Shown here in pieces: positions 56,064 through 64,000 of a stretch of DNA of 64,000 nucleotides. Every line of letters begins with the position of its first letter. Position 1 is the first letter of the stretch. Source of the DNA: Basidiobolus meristosporus CBS 931.73 (Eukaryota > Fungi > Basidiobolomycota); the NCBI GenBank assembly GCA_002104905.1, contig MCFE01000420.1, forward strand, positions 14,152 to 78,151, written 5' to 3'. The notes beneath the pieces were generated by a model that saw nothing but the letters and a program-made list of their open reading frames with translations, did not search any database and had not been told where the DNA came from. The position numbers and the translations under genes were made by a program.

Positions 56064-59000
56064 TGTTGTGCATCAACATTTAAAACTTAGCCAATTTTAC
56101 TCTGTTTGAAAATCTAGTACCCTAACTGCTTTTCCCTAACCCAAACATAACAAATCCCATTACAGTTTATTTTTTCCCACCTCAGAATCTATTTTTAGCT
56201 ATCACACCTGATCTATTTTAAATGGTCATTACGTTATCAACCTATCTGCCAAGCCTTCCCAGGTGATTAGTCATCTGAGATCTATCCAACCACTGTGCAG
56301 TTGCCAAGACATCAGTTGATTGATGATGTAATTTTCATTTATCTTATGCACCTATGAACACCCAAATTGATTTCAATCAATCCAGTCCCTTGGCACTTAC
56401 TAATTCAACTTGATCAGAAAAGTATAAATAAAGTTTACTGAACCTTTTGGTTTAGTGTGTGTCTCAACAAAATTAAGATTCTGTCTCAGCAAAAATAAGA
56501 ATCCAACAATTCCGTTCTAGTTTCTATCCAAGCCTAGTATATCTAGCACTCCAAAGAACACCTAAGCCTAGCCTGCCTAGCAAACAAATATCATTGTCTT
56601 TATAGCCAACCCAGCTATATCCAAGTCCAATATTAGATCAGAATCTTTCTGCTAATATTTCTGCCACTCTCTGACAATTCTAAGATTCTGCACTTAATTG
56701 TCCCTTTGGTTCAGTTAAACCACTCAAGAGCTTTTATTACACTTTCTCTTGGATACAACATTTTTTTTGTTGAATTCCATTACATTCAGCTGATTAGAAG
56801 ATGTCCTCAGCAGCAAGCAATCCAAACCTTTCCATGTTGGAAGAAGCCAGAAGAAATCAGGAAGAACTTACTGAACAGCTTGAAAACATCATGCTTGAAA
56901 GAAACACCATGATGCTTGAGCACTCAAAGCTTGCCAAAACAAGATCTGATAATCACCGTAGAGATGAACTTCTTGAAGTTATATCCGGTTACCAAGATGA
57001 AATTGGAATAATTAAGGAAGCACTGGAGAATATTGCCATAGTAATTGACAGCATTGAAAATCTGCCAAGCCTTGCTCTGCATCAGCCACCAAGAAGTCAT
57101 GCCTTTGAATCCTCCAGATCTACATCTCCTTCTAGACCTGCCCCAGTGGTTGTCCCAAGATCCTTGCCTGTTTATGCTGAAGGCACCAATGCCATCAAGA
57201 ATCCAACTGAGTTTCTTTACAAGTTTAGTCACGTCTTACCTGCACACCAGCTAGACCCTGACACCAACTGGGCTAGACTTCTGTCTCTCTGTCTCACAAT
57301 GCAAGATGCTGACTGGGTTGAAGTGAACATTCCTTCCAATAGTACGTGGAAGATTGCCCAAAACCTCTTTTGCAGCCATTTTGAAGATCCTCTCAAGAAA
57401 GCACATCTGAACTGCGACTTATGGAAAACTAAAATGCAAAAAGGTGAATCTGTGCAACACTTCTGTGATAGATTCCAAAGACAAATGAGATTAGCTGGAG
57501 TTAGTGATGATAATCCATTGCTTACTGCTCATTTTCTTTCAAACTTTTCACACCAGCTACAGAGCAATATTGCTATTGTCAAAGCATGCAACCCTGCACG
57601 TACCTATGACCACATCTCAGAGATATGTACACTGGCAATCACCTTGACTGCAGCTGTTAGCCAGACTTCAGGCAACTCAACCCAAGATCCCACAACAGCC
57701 GGAAAAGAGACCAGTCATGTGACCAAGAAGCAGTCAACCGCTACCAAGCACTGTGAGCTTCATGGAAAATGCTATCATTCTACCAGTGAATGCAAAGGCA
57801 TCACCAAGCAGTCAAACAAGTCAGGAAACACCTCAGAAAAGCAGCAAAATACCAAACTGATAATCCATATGCTGATGACAAGTGCTTTAAATGTGGAAAT
57901 ATGGGACATAGATCACCTGCCTGTCCTGAGAAGAACTCCACACCATCAGCCAAAATTACCCAGATCCTTGATGATCATTCAGCCAATGATACAATGGGGT
58001 ATGAAGAAGCATATGAAGAACTTACAGTTCAAGATTATCACAACCTCTTTGAGTTTCCGGCAAAAATTGCAACTGTTCAAGAAAAGAAGCAACCAATCAC
58101 ACAGCACAAAGCCATAGAAGTGCCACTCACCCACAATGGCCAATCATACGTAGCACTACTGGATACTGGATCATCCAACTCTATTGTATCACCCAAAGTA
58201 GTCAGAGAACTCAATTTGGAGATAGAAAAACAACCAGGAAAAATCATTCTTGCAGCTAAGGATCTCTCAGCCCCAAGAATTGGCATTACCAACCCAATCA
58301 ACATACATTGTGGCTCAGTAACCATAATCCATCAGATGGAAGTGATTGACATACCAGATTGACCTCAGGTAGTCATTGGTCTGGACACCTTCACTAAACT
58401 TGGCTTTCACATAGGTGGACTACCAGTTTCCTATCCAGAAATCACTAAATCTCAGCCGCTCATAATGGATCAAATCCCAGATTTTATCTCATCCCAACTG
58501 GAAGAAGAAGAGTTAACCCCAACTTTTCAAGAATATTCTCAATCAGTCAAATTGGATATTCAGCCAGCCATAGAGAGAATTCAGGCCATTCCAAGGAACA
58601 GCTTCTGCACCATCCCAGAATCCATTGTTACACTAGAGACCCCACCTGGTGAGTCAACATGGAGGAGGCAATACCCAATTCCGCATTCATGTCAACACTT
58701 AGTTGATGAGATAGTCCAAAAATGGGCTGACAATGGAATTATCACTCAAGCCCCTGTCAACACAACATTTAACAGCCCTTTGACGCTTGCACCAAAGAAA
58801 GATGCTGATGGAAATCTAACCCTGAAGAGACCCTGTATGGACCCCAGACCTCTGAACAAGCTTCTCCAAGATGACAAGTTTCCAATTCCAAGAATCCAAG
58901 ATATCTTTTCCGCACTATCAGGAGCAAAAGTATTCTCCAAGTTGGACTTGAAGGATGCATATCACCAATTCCAGATCCATCCTGATCATCAGCATAAGAC

Positions 59001-59090
59001 TGCCTTTACTTGGAATAATATGCAATGGATGTTTCAGGGAGCTCCCTTTGGCCTAAAGACACTTACCAGAAAGTTTCAGAGAGTCATGAC
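56064..59090 (+). mobile_element. Gypsy family A copy 2: 5' LTR (56064-56760), gag (56801-58117), protease and RT start, truncated at 59090
   Basis: LTR is the reverse complement of 4358-5029; CFKCGNMGHRSPAC knuckle, LLDTGSS protease, KLDLKDAYHQ RT; homology stops abruptly at TTAGGG. Confidence 0.93.
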
Positions 59091-59108
59091 TTAGGGTTAG
59101 GGTTAGGG
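59091..59108 (+). repeat. Telomeric repeat (TTAGGG)3
   Basis: Directly visible, joined to broken gypsy pol. Confidence 0.95.
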
Positions 59109-59600
59109 GGAGGAAAGTTACCAAGTGGTGAAATCTTTATTTACTTATGACAAGTATCTAAAGAAGCCAAGTTAATCTGAAGTTATTCCTAGAAAGCTAG
59201 GTCTGAGAGTTGAAAAGCTGAGTGGTATTATAATTCCTAGTTAGCTAGGTCTGAGAGAGGTTTCCTGGAAAGCCAGGCCTGAGAAGTGAGAATCTGAATA
59301 TATCTGAGCTAAGTTATACTGGTTTGCGGTAGCTGAATTGTGGCCGGAATGGCCAGTAGACTGGGGGAACTGAAATGAATTTCTGGGCAATCACTGGCCA
59401 AATTTACTAGGCAAATCTGGCCAATTAGCATTTCAAGGATTTCAGCCAATCAGAGCCTTTACTTTGCCCAATGGTTGATCAAGCCATCTCCCAATGAGCA
59501 CACATCAATTTATTAATCAAATTTTTGCTGGATCCAGGATTTGAACCCACAACCATGGGTATGGAAGGGTTAGGGATAACCACAAGGCTAAGTGTTCTTG
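59109..59600 (-). mobile_element. tRNA-derived SINE, unit 1 (full head)
   Basis: Minus-strand head 59527-59597 with A-box-like TAGCCTTGTGG and B-box GGTTCAAATCC; 3' end shared with the LINE. Confidence 0.8.
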
Positions 59601-59603
59601 GTT

Positions 59604-60108
59604 GGGTTAGGGGGGAGGAAAGTCACCAAGTGGTGAAATCTTTATTTACTTATGACAAGTATCTAAAGAAGCCAAGTTAATCTGAAGTAATTCCTAGAAA
59701 GCTAGGTCTGAGAGATATCTTCCTGGTAAGCCAGGTCTGAGAGTTGAGAAGCTGAGTGGTACTATATTTCCTAGTTAGCTAGGTCTGAGAGAGGTTTCCT
59801 GGAAAGCCAGGCCTGAGAAGTGAGAATCTGAATATATCTGAGCTAAGTTATACTGGTTTGCGGTAGCTGAATTGTGGCCGGAATGGCCAGTAGACTGGGG
59901 GAACTGAGATGAATTTCTGGGCAATCACTGGCTAAATTTACTAGGCAAATCTGGCCAAGTAGCATTTCAAGGATTTCAGCCAATCAGAGCCTTTACTTTG
60001 CCCGATGGCTGATTAAGCCATCTCCCAATGAGCACACATCAATTTATTAATCAAATTTTGCTGGATCCAGGATTTGAACCCACAACCATGGGTATGGAAG
60101 GGTTAGGG
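59604..60108 (-). mobile_element. SINE unit 2 (preceded by GGGTTAGGG; head truncated at its internal GGGTTAGGG)
   Basis: Tandem copy of unit 1; B-box retained near 60070-60080. Confidence 0.82.
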
Positions 60109-60537
60109 GGGGAGGAAAGTCACCAAGTGGTGAAATCTTTATTTACTTATGACAAGTATCTAAAGAAGCCAAGTTAATCTGAAGTTATTCCTAGAAAGCT
60201 AGGTCTGAGAGATATCTTCCTGGTAAGCCAGGTCTGAGAGTTGAGAAGCTGAGTGGTACTATATTTCCTAGTTAGCTAGGTCTGAGAGAGGTTTCCTGGA
60301 AAGCCAGGCCTGAGAAGTGAGAATCTGAATATATCTGAGCTAAGTTATACTGGTTTGCGGTAGCTGAATTGTGGCCGGAATGGCCAGTTGACTGGGGGAA
60401 CTGAGAGGAATTTCTGGGCGATCACTGGCCAAATTTGCTAGGCAAATCTGGCCAATTAGCATTTCAAGGATTTCAGCCAATCAGAGCCTTTACTTTGCCG
60501 ATGGTTGATCAAGCCATCTCCCAATGAGCACACACAC
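60109..60537 (-). mobile_element. SINE unit 3 (5' truncated)
   Basis: Tandem copy; homology stops at GAGCACAC, then telomeric repeats follow. Confidence 0.82.
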
Positions 60538-60549
60538 TTAGGGTTAGGG
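60538..60549 (+). repeat. Telomeric repeat (TTAGGG)2
   Basis: Directly visible between SINE unit 3 and the LINE 3' end. Confidence 0.95.
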
Positions 60550-60607
60550 GGGGAGACAGTCACCAACAGGTGAAATCTTTACTTCAGTTGAAACAAAGAA
60601 GCCAGCG

Positions 60608-63375
60608 CTACTGTTGTAGCTTTGATACAAGAGTGTGTAGCTGAGGGGAATTTGTAGGTAAGTTAATAAGAAGTGATGATAGTTCTTCAGTGCTCAAGAC
60701 ACTGTTCAGTGGGAAGGGAGGTAGCAAGAGAGGTAAGAATGACTTGTGAACAACATTAATGAGGGGAATGTGATAAGGATTGATATTCATCATAAAGGGA
60801 GTGTGCTGCTGCAGATATTGCTGCCAAAGGTCTGTCAAGTACTTCAGGTAGGCCAGCTTGGGTTTTTCTGACTGCAGAATATAGTGAGCAAACTTCTTGA
60901 CTTCAGGATCTCCAAGTATAGTTCTCCAGCAGGAGCCAGGTGTTGTGTGGTGTGTTCTCTTCCAGGCCTTAATCAGTGGGTTGTTGCAGTTGTGAAGTCT
61001 GAGGTATAATCTGGTTCTAAGGTAGAGAAGTCTGATCTTATAGGGCATAAACCCAAAAGCACCAAGAATAGCATGTCTGTAGGGGCATTCAGGCAAATGA
61101 GGCACCAAGGAGGTAATGCACCATACTGCAAACTTGTCAAGCTTAGTGCAGTCTCTAGAAGTAAGAGAGAGAAGTGGTAAGCCAAATTCCAGGACAGGGA
61201 AGACAAACTGCTTGAGTAGAAGAAGGCAGCTGGGAGCTGAAGTTGTAGGAGGAGTTACAGCCAGTAGCTTGTGGAGTGCCTGTCTTGCCAGGATAATTCT
61301 CTTCTCAGATGTGCTCCAGAGTCTAGTCCAGTAGGAAGGAAAGGAAAGCCAAGATATGTAGCAGAAACCTGAGCAGGTAGAGTGGAGTTCTCCAGGTTGA
61401 TGGGAGAGCCCAAAGGTACTGTCTTTGCAATGGAAAGCTGGAGATTATTCTTCTGCAGATACAGGTGGATGGTCTGGGAGTCTTGTTGCACATTGGAGGA
61501 GGATATTCTGATGTCATCAGCAAAGAGAGTAACCAGGCAGTCAGCTGAGAGTCTTGGGAAATCATTCAGGAAGATGGCAAACAGTATAGGACCAAGCACA
61601 GAGCCTTGAACCACTCCATTAGGAACCAAGAACACAGCTGATTGCTCACTTGGGTGCAGAATTCTTGCTTGTGGATCCAGAAACAGAGACCTGACAAGGA
61701 GGGTGAGAGAGGTACTGGAGAAGCATTGCAACTTGGACCAAAGCAGATTTCTGTCAACTGAATCAAAGGCCTTAGTAATATCAAACAGAACTGAGGGATA
61801 CTTGCACTGGAGAGAGTGATCTTGGCTAAGTATGACTGCATATTCCAAGGAGAGGCCAGGAACAAAGCCAAACTGTGCAGGATGAAACTTGAGGGAGTCA
61901 GAGTAGAGCTCCTGAGCAAGCAGAAGCTCAAACACCTTTCTGCAGGTGGGCAGCAGAGATATTGGCCTGTAGGAGCTAGGATCCAGGTGCTTTCCTTTAC
62001 CCTTGTACAGTGGCAGAACATTTGCAAAGGACCATTCCTCAGGAGTAGAAAGCTGGGCTGAGCATTGTTGAAACAGTGGAAGCAGAAGTGCAGACATGGC
62101 CTTGGTACTAGTCTTCAGAAGCTCATAAGAGATTGTGTCCACACCTGGAGCGGTAGAGTTGGGAAGTCTCTTGAGCACATTATGGATTCTCCCTTGATCA
62201 AGTGCCAGTGGGATGGGCAGAGTCTTGAAGTCAGGATGAAAGCCAGGAGTTGAGTACTGCTTTGTAGAGAAGAAGATGTTAGCCAGCTGTTCTGTTGAAG
62301 GTAACTTCCTGGAAGAGGGCCTCATTGCCCTGTAGAGTCTTGATACTGTTCTTGTTATAGAGTTGGAAGATTGCAGAGGCAAGGAACTCATAATATGATC
62401 CCAGAGCTGAGTATGCAGAGAGTGGTGAATTGCCTTGGAGTGGTGTATTGCTGTCAGGAGGAGTTTCTCTGTTTTTGGGTTAGGGAAACTCAGGTAGCTT
62501 TGTTGCAGGGCTGAAACAATGGATTCCCATTTTCTTGAGGTAACAGCAGTAGTCTTGCATGGCAGTGAGAGGGAGGCAGACACCAGAATCAGATGCTTCG
62601 CAAAGAGCCAGGCATAGTTGAGATCATCTGGCAGAGAAAGTAGCAAACTGGCAAGCTTCAAGTAGTTCCCAAAGTCTTTCTTCTGATTCTTAGTAGCTTT
62701 GTGGGTGAGCACAGTAAGTTTTGGCAGCTTCTTCTTCACAACTGGTTGCATAGAAAGGGACCAGGCTGGGTGGTCAGAGGCTCTCAAGGATCCTAGCTCA
62801 GCTCCAGAGAATTGCTTAACTTCATCCACAAAGTAGAGGGCAGCAGCAGAAGGGCAGATCCAGTCAACACATCTTTTCTCAGATTGAGCACCTAGTGCTA
62901 GCAGATGGCTTTCTCTCAGGAAGTTCAGTAGGAATGTAGACCTTGGCTTCATTCTTGCAGTCAGAGTAGTCTTGTTCTCAGGATGGGGAATGTTGAGATC
63001 TCCAAGCAAGATAATAGGTGTTGATATAGATTGCTGGTATTGCTGAACTTTCTGGCATATAACTTGCACTTCCTGAAGGGCAAGACTTGGAGGCAGATAG
63101 CAGAGCACCAGACTGATAGTTGGCAACTGGAGAGCAGCACAGTAAGGGGAGTAAAGAGGAACACAGAGCTGAGGAGTATTGATGGTAGAAGAGATGAAGC
63201 AGATAGAGGAGGTATTCTTTGTTCTAGGAGTAGAAAAGCAATATAGATTAGTCAAAAGTATAGAGGGTAGCTGGACATCAATCAAACACAGGAGGGAAAA
63301 TCTTGAAAGAAGTCTCTCTAGAGTTGGTCTTGATGGCTGTATGCTGTTGCAGTTGAGCAACAGAACTTCAGGTAG
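60608..63375 (-). CDS. LINE ORF2: APE endonuclease plus reverse transcriptase, with a 1-bp frameshift near 61300
   Basis: LNCNS, YLPP, GDLN, VDWI, SDH; APGVDTI, YRPISLL, QFGF, DITKAFDSV, VQGSVLGP, FADD, YLG. Comparison with 55730-55745 shows a 1-bp deletion; the C-terminus is ORF 60608-61108. Confidence 0.92.
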
Positions 63376-64000
63376 TCAGGCAGAGGTTGTAGCTTCTTCA
63401 GAGGCAGCATTGACAATGTGACCTGCAGAGTCCCAGAGCTCCTCAAATGGTGCATCACTTAAGTCAGCAAGGAGGGAAATGGCATGGTTCTTGAGGAAGT
63501 ATGCCACATCATAGGAGGGGGCTTGTCTCTTGATGGCAGCAAAGAAAGAGAGAATGGCAACATGGGCTGGAGGCTTGTTGAACAGTAGAGAGTCAGAGGA
63601 TTCAGATTCTTCAGGCACTATCTTGAAGTCAGTTTTCAGCCAGTTAAGGTTCTTCTCCACAAAGGCAACAAATGGGTCAGCAATGTTTTGGTCTAGGATA
63701 ACCTCCAGAATCTTCCCTTTTCTCCAGGCCAGGTTGACAATTCTTGAGAGCTGAATATTGCATGCCTTGAGTGCTCTCCTGATGTTGGAAATGGGAGTCC
63801 AGGGAACTTGCTTCAAGTACACCAGAGTCCAGGTAGAAGCTGGTGGTAGGTTTGCTGGGGGCTTGTAAGTCCTTCTGTGTGGCAATGGAGCTGCAGTAGT
63901 CAGATTGGAGTCCACATTCTCAGTAGAAGGTTTTCTTGATGTGTCTTGCTGAATGGTACTGGAGCTGGATGTGCTGATTATTCTTGCTAGAACCTTAGGG
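63376..64000 (-). CDS. LINE ORF1 (C-terminal part; frame open to the window end)
   Basis: LVYLKQVPWTPISNIRRALKACNIQLSRIVNL resembles the RRM-like ORF1 of early-diverging fungal LINEs (from memory); no stop between 63379 and 64000. Confidence 0.75.
   Translation of the reverse strand, partial: PKVLARIISTSSSSTIQQDTSRKPSTENVDSNLTTAAPLPHRRTYKPPANLPPASTWTLVYLKQVPWTPISNIRRALKACNIQLSRIVNLAWRKGKILEVILDQNIADPFVAFVEKNLNWLKTDFKIVPEESESSDSLLFNKPPAHVAILSFFAAIKRQAPSYDVAYFLKNHAISLLADLSDAPFEELWDSAGHIVNAASEEATTSA

Larger units (their letters stand above)
60550..64000 (-). mobile_element. APE-type non-LTR retrotransposon (LINE) attached at telomeric repeats, running off the window
   Basis: ORF1, APE endonuclease and RT; ~60-nt 3' UTR ending in a C-tract plus TAACCC; no poly(A). 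Confidence 0.95.

Noticed and set aside
59527-59597. Functional tRNA gene
   Set aside because: Acceptor, D and anticodon stems do not pair properly; better explained as a SINE head.
59091-60549. CRISPR-like or simple satellite interpretation of the tandem units
   Set aside because: Units are ~500 bp with no unique spacers, carry a tRNA-like head and a LINE-like tail, and the context is eukaryotic.

Overview
Fungal genomic DNA with short GT-AG introns and TTAGGG repeats; the gene style suggests an early-diverging fungus, which is my inference. It appears to run centromere-proximal to telomere-proximal from left to right, in three zones. (1) 1-~19.8 kb is a transposon graveyard. It holds tandem CACTA/Tnp2-like relics, a full-length chromodomain Ty3/gypsy element reciprocally nested with solo LTRs of a second family, and a decayed LINE-like relic. 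(2) ~20-53 kb holds host genes: a PAS protein, an EED/LRWD1-like WD40 protein, a senescence/spartin-domain protein, a Prm10-like exporter, ATP14, PIG-V/GPI18, GFA1 inside a ~490-bp inverted repeat, and two head-to-head ABCA half-transporters that look like the N- and C-halves of one full transporter. (3) ~53.9-64 kb is a stack of elements each cut off on the right: copia, LINE, gypsy broken and capped with (TTAGGG)3, three tandem tRNA-derived SINEs, (TTAGGG)2, then an APE-type LINE. The main candidate novelty is a telomere-targeted LINE/SINE pair. The two share an oligo-C, hairpin-containing 3' end and are added at TTAGGG ends in one orientation. The SINE carries its own GGGTTAGGG landing site, and the LINE's ORF1 and ORF2 are in frame across a single TGA-CTA. 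Repeats are strongly CpG-depleted relative to genes. All identifications come from reading motifs by eye; no database searches were run.
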